Below, piece by piece: positions 9,179-17,185 of a DNA stretch of 20,000 bases. Under the pieces are notes generated by a model, which saw nothing but the letters and a program-made list of their open reading frames with translations, was not told the DNA's origin and searched no databases. Location: contig PEAD01000014.1 in NCBI GenBank assembly GCA_002753335.1, positions 56,550 to 76,549 of the forward strand. Direction: 5' to 3'. Within the stretch, counting starts at the first letter, position 1; every line of letters starts with the position of its first letter. A program made the position numbers and the translations under genes. Source of the stretch: Nitrospirae bacterium MYbin3. GTDB taxonomy: Bacteria; Nitrospirota; Thermodesulfovibrionia; Thermodesulfovibrionales; Dissulfurispiraceae.

Positions 9179-9790
9179 TTAGTGTATCAGATTTCCGATT
9201 CTGCCGAATCTAGGCATGGTTTTATCGCTGTCCCATGACCAGTACAGTATGAAGGCTTTTCCCCGTATATCTTTTATGTCCACATATCCCCAAAACCTGC
9301 TGTCGTAGCTTTGGTCCCTGTTGTCGCCCATAACGAAGAATTTGTTTCTCGGTATAAGAAACGGGCCGAAATTGTCGCGCGGATCTGTGCTGCTTGGCCG
9401 GATGGTTTTGTCGGTATGCTGAACATATGGTTCTTTAGCAGGGTTGCCGTTTATATAAATCTTCTTGTCTTTCTGCTCGATCATATCACCTTCGGTTGCC
9501 ATCACCCTCTTGATAAAGTCTCTGCTTGGGTCTTCCGGGTATTTGAAAACTATTATATCCCCTTTTTTAGGAGAGGAGATTAAGATAATGCGCTTGTCCG
9601 AGAACGGGATCTGCGTCCCATATATGAATTTGTTCACCAAAAGATGATCACCCACCAGAAGCGTTGGTATCATCGAACCTGAAGGGATCTTGAACGCCTG
9701 AACTATGAAAGTCCTGATTATAAGCGCCAGGATAAGAGCAGTTCCTATCGCTTTGACGTATTCCCAAACTTTGCTTTTATTCACAAACAC
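9179..9790 (-). CDS. lepB: Signal peptidase I
   Basis: IPSGSMIPTLLVGD (catalytic Ser), FIKRV (Lys), GDNRDQSYDSR. The likely start is the GTG at 9790 overlapping the lepA TAG (alternative GTG at 9784). The ORF-track extension to 9925 lies inside lepA. Confidence 0.95.
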   Translation of the reverse strand: MFVNKSKVWEYVKAIGTALILALIIRTFIVQAFKIPSGSMIPTLLVGDHLLVNKFIYGTQIPFSDKRIILISSPKKGDIIVFKYPEDPSRDFIKRVMATEGDMIEQKDKKIYINGNPAKEPYVQHTDKTIRPSSTDPRDNFGPFLIPRNKFFVMGDNRDQSYDSRFWGYVDIKDIRGKAFILYWSWDSDKTMPRFGRIGNLIH

Positions 9791-11574
9791 TATTCTTTCA
9801 CCTTCAGCACAGACAGGAACGCCTCCTGAGGAAGCTCCACCTTTCCTATCTGTTTCATTCTTTTCTTGCCCTCTTTCTGTTTTTCGAGGAGCTTGCGTTT
9901 TCTGGTTATGTCGCCTCCGTAGCATTTTGCGAGAACATTCTTGCGGAGCGCCTTCACAGATTCCCTTGCTATTATTTTGCCGCCTATCGCGGCCTGGATC
10001 GCTATTTCATACATCTGGCGGGGTATGACCTGCCTGAGCTTCTCAACAATCTGCCTGCCGTTGTAGTAAGCCTTTTCTTTGTGTACTATCAGAGAGAGAG
10101 CATCAACAGCCTCTCCATTAAGCAGTATGTCCAGTTTGACCAGCTTTGATTGTTTGTATCCGAGGAATTCGTAATCCATCGAAGCGTAGCCTTTTGACAC
10201 TGATTTGAGCGTGTCGTAAAAGTCCCAGAGTATCTCGTTTAAGGGCAGTTCATAAACCACCATAAGCCTGTCTTTGCTGATGTAGTTGAATTCGGTCTGG
10301 GTGCCGCGTTTTTCCTGGCACAGGTCCAGTATCTGTCCTACGAAGGTGTTGGGAACGAAGATGCTGACTTTGACGAACGGCTCCTCTATGCTTTCGAAGG
10401 CATTTGGCAGGCTGCTTGGGTTGTCGATAAAAATCTGGGAGCCATCCGCATGAATAACTTTGTATATGACGGTTGGCGCTGTTGTTATGAGAGATAGTTC
10501 GAACTCTCTCTCGAGCCGCTCTTTTATGATCTCCATATGCAGCAGGCCCAAGAATCCGCATCTGAAGCCGAACCCGAGAGCAGAAGATGTTTCGGGTTCG
10601 TAGCTGAAGGACGAGTCGTTCAGGCGCAACTTTTCTAGCGCGCTTTTCAGCTCCACATATTCATGAGTCTCAACCGGATAAAGTCCGCTGAATACCATCG
10701 GCTTAATCTCTTTGTATCCGGGCAGCGGTGCATCTGCCGGCCTTGATGCGTCGGTTATGGTATCTCCTATTTTTGTGTCCCCGATGGTTTTGATTGCGGC
10801 CGTGATATATCCTGCTTCGCCGGGTGCAAGCTGGTCTATATCTTCCATCTTGGGGGTGAACACGCCGACCTTGGTAATTTCGTATTCTTTGCCGCTTGCC
10901 ATTAATCTGATACGCATTCCGGGTTTTATAGTGCCTTCAAATATTCTCACAAGCACGATTACGCCCTGATAGTTATCGAACCACGAATCGAAGATGAGCG
11001 CCTTTAAAGGACTTGCCGGATTCCCGACAGGAGGAGGTATTATTTTCACAATCGCTTCGAGTATCTCTTTTGTGCCGATGCCTTCTTTTGCGCTGGCAAG
11101 TATTGCTTCGGAGCAGTCTATGCCAACAGCTTCCTCTATCTGCTCTTTGACCCGTTCTGGCTCTGCGCCCGGAAGGTCTATTTTGTTTATCACAGGTATT
11201 ATCTCGTGGTTATGATCAACAGCAAGATATGTATTGGCAAGTGTTTGAGCCTCAACGCCCTGCGTGGCGTCAACCACCAGCAGGCTGCCTTCGCAAGACG
11301 CCAGGCTGCGCGAGACTTCATACGAGAAGTCCACATGCCCCGGGGTATCTATAAGGTTCAGTATATAATCTTGCCCGTTGTCTGCGGTGTATTTAAGCCT
11401 TACTGCGTGGGCTTTTATGGTTATGCCGCGCTCTCTTTCGAGATCCATAGAATCGAGCACCTGTGCGGTCATCTCTCTCGAACTTAGGGCGCCTGTGAAT
11501 TCTAGGAGCCTGTCTGCGAGCGTGGATTTGCCGTGGTCTATATGCGCGATTATAGAAAAATTGCGGATGTTCAT
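9790..11574 (-). CDS. lepA: Translation elongation factor 4 (LepA)
   Basis: [45 protein letters not shown] and the C-terminal [24 protein letters not shown]. Confidence 0.99.
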   Translation of the reverse strand: MNIRNFSIIAHIDHGKSTLADRLLEFTGALSSREMTAQVLDSMDLERERGITIKAHAVRLKYTADNGQDYILNLIDTPGHVDFSYEVSRSLASCEGSLLVVDATQGVEAQTLANTYLAVDHNHEIIPVINKIDLPGAEPERVKEQIEEAVGIDCSEAILASAKEGIGTKEILEAIVKIIPPPVGNPASPLKALIFDSWFDNYQGVIVLVRIFEGTIKPGMRIRLMASGKEYEITKVGVFTPKMEDIDQLAPGEAGYITAAIKTIGDTKIGDTITDASRPADAPLPGYKEIKPMVFSGLYPVETHEYVELKSALEKLRLNDSSFSYEPETSSALGFGFRCGFLGLLHMEIIKERLEREFELSLITTAPTVIYKVIHADGSQIFIDNPSSLPNAFESIEEPFVKVSIFVPNTFVGQILDLCQEKRGTQTEFNYISKDRLMVVYELPLNEILWDFYDTLKSVSKGYASMDYEFLGYKQSKLVKLDILLNGEAVDALSLIVHKEKAYYNGRQIVEKLRQVIPRQMYEIAIQAAIGGKIIARESVKALRKNVLAKCYGGDITRKRKLLEKQKEGKKRMKQIGKVELPQEAFLSVLKVKE

Positions 11575-11577
11575 GCT

Positions 11578-12522
11578 TCAGTTGGAAGTTGAAGATTGCT
11601 GAGACTGTTCAAATACGAGCCCTGCTGCACCTATCATGCCTGCATCGTCAGCGAGTTCGGACGGAACGATCGAGACCCTGCTGTAGAGTTCTTTTAGGGC
11701 GCGCTTGGCCGCTTCGTTTATTGCAGCTTCGATGTATATGTTCCATGCGCCGAGGAGTCCTCCGGTCAGTATAATCGCTTCAGGACTCATGATGTTTATT
11801 ATGCTTGCGATGCCTGTGCCTAAATGCTTGCCAGCCTCTCTTACCACGGTTCTTGCAACAGAGTCTCCGTCGAGAGCCGCCTTATAAATGTCCTCGGCTG
11901 TGATTTTATAAAAGTTTCCTTTGTATGCAGCTTTGAGTATGCTTTCGGTGCCTTTTTCGATTTCGGCAATAGCATTGCCGACTATCGCGGTGGCCGAAGC
12001 GTATGTTTCGAGACAGCCCATGTTTCCGCATGCACAGGGGCGTCCGTTGGAGTTGATGCTTATATGGCCAATCTCTGCGGCGACCTGCAGGAGCTTGCCT
12101 TTTACTATTATCCCCCCGCCTATGCCGGTTCCTAGTGTCAACATAACGAAGTTCTCGAATTTTTTACCTGTGCCCTTCCACCTTTCGCCGAAGGCGGCTG
12201 CATTGGCATCATTTTCTACGACTACAAGTTTGTTGTATTTTTGTGCTGTTTCCTGTTTCAGATTAATACCGTTAAGAGAAGAGATGTTGGGCGACTGAAG
12301 CACGGTGCCGCTTTTGCTGTCAATCAACCCTGCCACGGCAATGCCGATTCCTGTCAAATCAGCCTGATGTTCTGAGAGAAGTGTGTCTATAAGTTTATAC
12401 AGCATCTGAATCGGTTCTTTTGAGTTCGGCTCTTTAAGCTTTTGGACTATCTCGCCGGAAGATGTGACTAGTGCGGCCCTGATGTTTGTCCCGCCTATGT
12501 CTGCGACTATCGCTTGTTTCAC
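11578..12522 (-). CDS. ROK family sugar kinase (probable glucokinase)
   Basis: DIGGT, ENDANAAA, GTGIGGG, EIGH and CACGNMGCLE Zn motif. No N-terminal HTH, so it is a kinase rather than a repressor. AGGAG lies upstream of the GTG. Confidence 0.9.
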   Translation of the reverse strand: MKQAIVADIGGTNIRAALVTSSGEIVQKLKEPNSKEPIQMLYKLIDTLLSEHQADLTGIGIAVAGLIDSKSGTVLQSPNISSLNGINLKQETAQKYNKLVVVENDANAAAFGERWKGTGKKFENFVMLTLGTGIGGGIIVKGKLLQVAAEIGHISINSNGRPCACGNMGCLETYASATAIVGNAIAEIEKGTESILKAAYKGNFYKITAEDIYKAALDGDSVARTVVREAGKHLGTGIASIINIMSPEAIILTGGLLGAWNIYIEAAINEAAKRALKELYSRVSIVPSELADDAGMIGAAGLVFEQSQQSSTSN

Positions 12523-12591
12523 AGTATTGGTTTTCTCCTATAAAGGTTTTTGAATTATTAACAGAAAAGGATTTGAAAAATAATAACGTTT

Positions 12592-12600
12592 ATTATAGCA
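12592..12600 (-). promoter_or_regulatory. Extended -10 promoter (TGcTATAAT) for the ROK-lepA-lepB-ribE transcript
   Basis: Perfect TGnTATAAT on the minus strand in the AT-rich pilD-ROK spacer, about 70 nt upstream of the ROK start. Confidence 0.6.
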
Positions 12601-12624
12601 GACGGCTGGGATTTAGAGATAGTT

Positions 12625-13407
12625 TTAAAAGCTGAGATACCAAGAAGCTATCGCTTCGCCGAAGAACAGAGATATCAGCGCACCTGCTGCGAGAAACGGA
12701 CCGAAAGGTATGAGCGTTTTTCTGTCTTTGCCTTTAAGCGCCATCATGCCTAGGCCGATAATAGATCCGGTTATGCTTCCGGCTCCTGTTGTGAGCAGTA
12801 CAGCCTTCCATCCCATGAAAGCTCCGACCATTCCCATAAGTTTCAGATCTCCTCCACCCATCGCCTCGGTTTTTGCCAGCCAGCTGCCGATGATCGCGAT
12901 AAGGAGAAAAGATCCATATCCTGCTGCTAGCCCTATCAGTGAATTGATAAAGCCGACGGTTGTAAAATTTGCAAAGGGGTCAGGCAGAAAAGGCGCGGCG
13001 GCCACGCCAATTAACATTCCGGGCAGTGTGATGGCATCCGGTATTATCTGGACATCCAAATCTATAAAGGTTATTACCAGCATGGCTGAAGCAAAGGCAA
13101 AAAGCGCCGGCAGGTGCCAGCCCATATCGAACTGCCTGAGAATGGCCCAATAAAAAAGACCGTTTGTCATTTCAACTAGCGGATAGCGCAGTGATATTTT
13201 TTCGCGGCAGTTCCTGCATCGGCCAAGAAGGGCGATATAGCTTATGACCGGTATATTGTCCCACGGCCTGATCGGCATGCTGCAGTAAGGGCAGGCCGAA
13301 GGCGGCGATATTACCGATTCTTCACGAGGAATGCGGTAGATGCAGACATTTAAAAACGAGCCGATTATCATCCCAAAGATGATTGCGATCGGCTCGTAGA
13401 TGTTCAT
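12625..13407 (-). CDS. pilD: Type IV prepilin peptidase / N-methyltransferase (A24 family)
   Basis: GSFLNVCIYRIP, CPYC...CRNC Zn motifs, FIDLD and MGGGDLKL catalytic aspartates, IPFGPFL. Confidence 0.96.
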   Translation of the reverse strand: MNIYEPIAIIFGMIIGSFLNVCIYRIPREESVISPPSACPYCSMPIRPWDNIPVISYIALLGRCRNCREKISLRYPLVEMTNGLFYWAILRQFDMGWHLPALFAFASAMLVITFIDLDVQIIPDAITLPGMLIGVAAAPFLPDPFANFTTVGFINSLIGLAAGYGSFLLIAIIGSWLAKTEAMGGGDLKLMGMVGAFMGWKAVLLTTGAGSITGSIIGLGMMALKGKDRKTLIPFGPFLAAGALISLFFGEAIASWYLSF

Positions 13408-13715
13408 GAGATTATCCTGCTTATGGCAGAAGCTTTTTCGAGATTCTCTTTAATCTCGGGCTCAAGCTCTTCAAGTTTTTTTATCGCGGTGATTATTTCG
13501 CTCCGAGCATAGATGTTCCTGTTCTGTCCGCGGTGCTCATACACTTCTTCTCCGATAGTTTTAAGGAGATCCTCTTTTTGCTTCTTCATCTCCTCGGACT
13601 TGTACAGGAGCTTGAATACCTCCAGCTCTATCCGCACCCTGTCTGACAGCAGCGAAGAGAACCATTTGATTTTCTCGACCCCTTGTTCAAGGTCTTTTTT
13701 TACTTGGGCAAACAT
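13404..13715 (-). CDS. Hypothetical helical/coiled-coil protein (103 aa)
   Basis: Fills the gap between co-oriented genes, overlaps pilD by ATGA, and has E/K/L-rich helical composition. Confidence 0.75.
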   Translation of the reverse strand: MFAQVKKDLEQGVEKIKWFSSLLSDRVRIELEVFKLLYKSEEMKKQKEDLLKTIGEEVYEHRGQNRNIYARSEIITAIKKLEELEPEIKENLEKASAISRIIS

Positions 13716-13738
13716 CGCTTACAGAAGAGGCCGAAAGC

Positions 13739-14056
13739 CTACTTGTCTTTTCTCTCTTTCATCTTTTCTCTATGCTCTTTCTTTTCTTCTTTAAAGGATT
13801 CTTTCATCTCTTTTCTTTTTTCGTGGTCAGCCTGTCTGCATTTCTTGATGTCGTCCTGATTTTTGGCTGCTGCTATGCAAGTTTTGTCATCCTGAAGCAG
13901 CTTGATGCGTGCGTCAATATGCGATAAGGCTTTGGCTTTGTGAGCTTCAAATTTAGCGGCCTTGCTCTTCTCGATAGATTTTTGCTCTTCACCAAAGACC
14001 TGAACCGAAAACACCAGCGCAAAAACTAAAGCTAAAGTCAAAGATAAAAGTTTCAT
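13739..14056 (-). CDS. Small exported protein (105 aa) with signal peptide and CX12C motif
   Basis: Start moved to ATG 14056, which has a strong CAGGAGG SD. MKLLSLTLALVFALVFSVQVFG is a Sec-type signal peptide. The mature part is highly charged and helical with two Cys. Confidence 0.8.
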   Translation of the reverse strand: MKLLSLTLALVFALVFSVQVFGEEQKSIEKSKAAKFEAHKAKALSHIDARIKLLQDDKTCIAAAKNQDDIKKCRQADHEKRKEMKESFKEEKKEHREKMKERKDK

Positions 14057-14234
14057 AGTGGCCTCCTGAATGTTTAAGGACACTATAACCCAAAATATGG
14101 GGCAACGGCAACAGTGTGTCGAGATTGAATGAGCATTTAGAAATGTCAAAACGCAGCCCTGAACAGAAGAGATCCAGCCTTACCCTAAAGGCAATTAAAT
14201 TTTGCGGTGACTGTACTATAATCCCAGTTTATTG

Positions 14235-14243
14235 TGTTATAAT
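14235..14243 (+). promoter_or_regulatory. Extended -10 promoter (TGtTATAAT) of the cooC operon
   Basis: Perfect TGnTATAAT ending 8 nt before the cooC ATG. A second TATAAT lies at 14217-14222. Confidence 0.65.
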
Positions 14244-14251
14244 TCCAACTT

Positions 14252-15028
14252 ATGAAGATTGCGGTTACAGGAAAAGGCGGCGTAGGCAAAACCACACTCT
14301 CTGCTGTGTTGAGTTATCTGTTTGCGGCAGATGGCAGGAAGGTTATTGCTGTTGACGCTGACCCTGACGAAAACCTTGCTCAGGCTCTCGGAGTATCTCC
14401 TGAAGAGCGCGACAAGATAAAGCCAATTGCCGAGATGTCCGCTTTGATAGAGGAGAGAACGGGCGCAAAAACCGGCTCTATGGGTGGCGTATTCAGGCTT
14501 AATCCCCGCGTTGATGATCTGCCTGAAGGCTTCGGGTATAAGATTAATGGAATTACTCTATTGATTATGGGCAAGCCTAAAGGTGCGTCAACAGGCTGCT
14601 ACTGCCCCGAAAATGTTTTTTTAAAAAGGCTTCTCAAACATCTTGTGGCAGAGCGGGACGATGTGATAGTGGTTGATATGGAGGCCGGCATCGAGCATTT
14701 GACGAGGGGTACTGCCGAGTCGGTTGATGCATTTATTGTGGTTGTGGAGCCGGGGCAAAGGAGCATTCAGACAGCAGGCGTTGTTAAGGAGATGGCTAAA
14801 GGCCTAGGCGTGAAGCATGTTTTTGTGGTTGCCAACAAGGTGCGCAGCGAAACCGATGTTTTATTTATTCAAGGACAGATAAAAGATATAAATATTTTAG
14901 GTGCACTGAGTTTTAATCAGGAAGTTGTGGATGCTGATATTCGGGGAGTTGCGCCGTTTCAGCAGGGTTCCTCAATAATGCAGGAAGTTTCGGTTATAAA
15001 AAAGAAGCTGGAAGAAAGCCTTAAATAA
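14252..15028 (+). CDS. cooC: CooC/AcsF family nickel-insertion ATPase (CO dehydrogenase / acetyl-CoA synthase maturation)
   Basis: Deviant Walker A GKGGVGKTT, DADP, GCYC Ni-binding CXC motif, DMEAGIEHL and ANKV. Confidence 0.93.
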   Translation: MKIAVTGKGGVGKTTLSAVLSYLFAADGRKVIAVDADPDENLAQALGVSPEERDKIKPIAEMSALIEERTGAKTGSMGGVFRLNPRVDDLPEGFGYKINGITLLIMGKPKGASTGCYCPENVFLKRLLKHLVAERDDVIVVDMEAGIEHLTRGTAESVDAFIVVVEPGQRSIQTAGVVKEMAKGLGVKHVFVVANKVRSETDVLFIQGQIKDINILGALSFNQEVVDADIRGVAPFQQGSSIMQEVSVIKKKLEESLK

Positions 15029-15051
15029 ATCAAACTCGCAGGGGTGCGCTA

Positions 15052-15627
15052 TTGACGGCGCCTGACAAAAAATCAATAAGACAAAAAGCCTTTTTGCTCA
15101 GGGACTCTATAACGCCTGAGCTGCGGCTGTTCAAAAACGGGGAAATAAAAAAAAATCTTCTAGCGCTTGACGCTTTTGATAAAGCTGAGACCGTAATGCT
15201 GTTTGCATCTTTCAGAAGCGAAGTTGACACTTTCGATATTATCAAACACTGCATTTCGATCGGCAAGAAAACGATTTTGCCAAAAGCTGACAAGGATAAT
15301 TGCGGCCTGCTGCTTTACGAAATTGAAAATATAGGCGAGCTTGAGAAAGGCTATTTTATAATATTGGAGCCTAAAGTGGCGGATGAGAGGCTAACACCGA
15401 AAGAGAAACTTGACTTTATAGTGGTGCCCGGCGCGGCCTTTGATGCCCGATGCAACAGGGTGGGATACGGAAAGGGATTTTATGATAGACTACTCATTCA
15501 GAGAACTGCCCCGGCTTTTGCATTGGCGTATGAAGAGCAGATTTTCGATTCGGTGCCGGTGGATAAATATGATGTCAGACTTGACGGGATAATAACGGAT
15601 GAAAGAGTGATTAGCTGCGATGGATAA
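15052..15627 (+). CDS. 5-formyltetrahydrofolate cyclo-ligase (Fau/YgfA family)
   Basis: [22 protein letters not shown]...[23 protein letters not shown] start. Confidence 0.94.
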   Translation: MTAPDKKSIRQKAFLLRDSITPELRLFKNGEIKKNLLALDAFDKAETVMLFASFRSEVDTFDIIKHCISIGKKTILPKADKDNCGLLLYEIENIGELEKGYFIILEPKVADERLTPKEKLDFIVVPGAAFDARCNRVGYGKGFYDRLLIQRTAPAFALAYEEQIFDSVPVDKYDVRLDGIITDERVISCDG

Positions 15628-16171
15628 AAAGAAAATTGAAGAGGGCGTAAGGCTTATACTCGAAGGGATCGGCGAGGATACAGCAAGGCCGGGCATTAAG
15701 GATACGCCCAAGCGCGTGGCACAGATGTATTCGGAGATTTTCGCAGGCCTCAAGGAGCCGGAAGAAGAGCTTTTAAAGTCTATCGAGGGCGAGAGCCATG
15801 ATGAGATGGTACTTTTGAAGGACATTCCTTTTTATTCGGTCTGCGAGCATCACCTTCTGCCTTTTATAGGCAAGGCGCATATAGCATACATACCTGACGG
15901 AAGGATTGTTGGGTTAAGCGATATTCCAAAGGCCTTGGAATATTTTGCAGGAAGGCCACAGGTTCAGGAGCGGCTTACCGCGCAGATTGCGGACATGATC
16001 ATGAACAACCTCAAGCCAAAAGGTTGCATGGTTGTTATAGATGCTGAGCATCTTTGCATGAGCATGCGCGGCATAAAAAAGCCGGGCTCAAGGACAGTGA
16101 CTTCAGCGGTTCGAGGTTTATTCAGGAGCAAACAGAAGACGAGGGAAGAGACCCTTCAACTTATAAAATAA
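15620..16171 (+). CDS. folE: GTP cyclohydrolase IA (FolE) with an atypical phosphate-binding motif
   Basis: [26 protein letters not shown] and [14 protein letters not shown] is replaced by GLSD. Confidence 0.9.
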   Translation: MDKKKIEEGVRLILEGIGEDTARPGIKDTPKRVAQMYSEIFAGLKEPEEELLKSIEGESHDEMVLLKDIPFYSVCEHHLLPFIGKAHIAYIPDGRIVGLSDIPKALEYFAGRPQVQERLTAQIADMIMNNLKPKGCMVVIDAEHLCMSMRGIKKPGSRTVTSAVRGLFRSKQKTREETLQLIK

Positions 16172-16193
16172 TTCAACACAAACAGGAGGAGCG

Positions 16194-17105
16194 ATGGCAG
16201 CGAAAATTATCAGCGGTACAGAGATAGCAGCACAGATTAGAGAGGAACTGAAGAAAGAAGTGGCAGATATGAAGGACAAAAACGGTGTTGTACCGGGGCT
16301 TGTAACAATACTTGTAGGCAAGAATCCTGCATCTGTCAGTTATGTCACCGGCAAGCAGAAGACCGCCCACGAACTGGGTTTTAATTCGATTCAGGATGAC
16401 CAGTCTGCCGAGATTTCTGAGGCTGACCTGCTCAAGCTCATAGACAAATACAACAAGGATGAGAAGATTCATGGAATCCTTGTACAGCTTCCGCTTCCAA
16501 AGCACATAGATGAGAAAAAAGTTCTCAATGCAATAGACCCGGACAAAGATGTTGACGGCTTCCATCCTGTGAATGTCGGGCGTTTGATGATAGGCGGAGA
16601 CGAGGCCAAGTTTTTGCCATGCACTCCGGCCGGTATTCAGGAGTTAATAGTACGAGCCGGGTTTGAGACCTCAGGCGCAGAGGTTGTTGTGGTTGGCCGT
16701 TCGAACATTGTCGGCAAACCGATTGCCAACATTATGCTGCAAAAGGGCAAGGGCGCGAATTCTACGGTTACGATTATTCATACCGGCACCAAGAATATGG
16801 AGGCGCATTGCAAGCGCGCAGATATTCTTATCGTTGCGGCCGGAGTGCCGGGTCTAGTGAAGCCTGAATGGATAAAACCCGGAGCTTGTGTAATAGATGT
16901 TGGCGTTAACCGCGTTGGCGAAAAGATGAGCGAGAAGACCGGGAAAATGGTGCCGATACTCAAGGGCGATGTTGATTTTGACGCGGCAAAAGAAATCGCC
17001 GGAGCGATAACGCCGGTGCCGGGCGGAGTAGGCCCTATGACGATCACGATGCTTATGAAGAATACGGTTAAGTCCGCAAAGCTGCATAGCGGACTGGTGA
17101 AGTAG
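16194..17105 (+). CDS. folD: Bifunctional methylene-THF dehydrogenase / methenyl-THF cyclohydrolase
   Basis: YVTGK (YxxxK), GILVQLPLP, KDVDGFH, PCTP, GRSNIVGKP, IDVG and TPVPGGVGPMT. AGGAGG SD. Confidence 0.98.
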   Translation: MAAKIISGTEIAAQIREELKKEVADMKDKNGVVPGLVTILVGKNPASVSYVTGKQKTAHELGFNSIQDDQSAEISEADLLKLIDKYNKDEKIHGILVQLPLPKHIDEKKVLNAIDPDKDVDGFHPVNVGRLMIGGDEAKFLPCTPAGIQELIVRAGFETSGAEVVVVGRSNIVGKPIANIMLQKGKGANSTVTIIHTGTKNMEAHCKRADILIVAAGVPGLVKPEWIKPGACVIDVGVNRVGEKMSEKTGKMVPILKGDVDFDAAKEIAGAITPVPGGVGPMTITMLMKNTVKSAKLHSGLVK

Positions 17106-17124
17106 CAAAAAGGCTCGACCGATA

Positions 17125-17155
17125 TTGACATCGGGCCATAAAAGTATGATATGCT
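17125..17155 (+). promoter_or_regulatory. Putative internal promoter for hdrCBA (TTGACA ... TGaTATGCT)
   Basis: Perfect TTGACA at 17125-17130 and an extended -10-like TGaTATGCT at 17147-17155 (19-nt spacer, non-optimal). Confidence 0.45.
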
Positions 17156-17185
17156 TCCATAAATTTTTTTAATAGGAACGGGTAG

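Noticed and set aside
9791..9925. N-terminal extension of LepB given in the ORF track
   Set aside because: It overlaps the conserved C-terminus of lepA in another frame. A GTG start at the lepA stop gives a normal-sized LepB.
13728..13740. AGGC-N5-GCCT hairpin as an intrinsic terminator
   Set aside because: The stem is only 4-5 bp with a poor U-tract, too weak to call.
14057..14149. Cys-rich 31-aa N-terminal extension of the exported protein
   Set aside because: The strong SD and the signal peptide begin at ATG 14056. The extension overlaps the predicted promoter.
14057..14211. Structured ncRNA or c-di-GMP riboswitch in the largest intergenic region
   Set aside because: Only short, scattered stems are visible (GACAC/GTGTC, CATTT/AAATG, GCCTT/AAGGC) with no recognisable consensus. 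Divergent promoters explain the space. An Infernal/Rfam scan would settle it.
15029..15051. 6S RNA (ssrS), often found upstream of 5-formyl-THF cyclo-ligase
   Set aside because: Only 23 nt separate cooC from the gene, leaving no room.
15147..15155. A9 homopolymer as a phase-variation or frameshift site in the cyclo-ligase gene
   Set aside because: The reading frame is intact, the run simply spans Ile-Lys-Lys-Asn codons, and this is a housekeeping enzyme.
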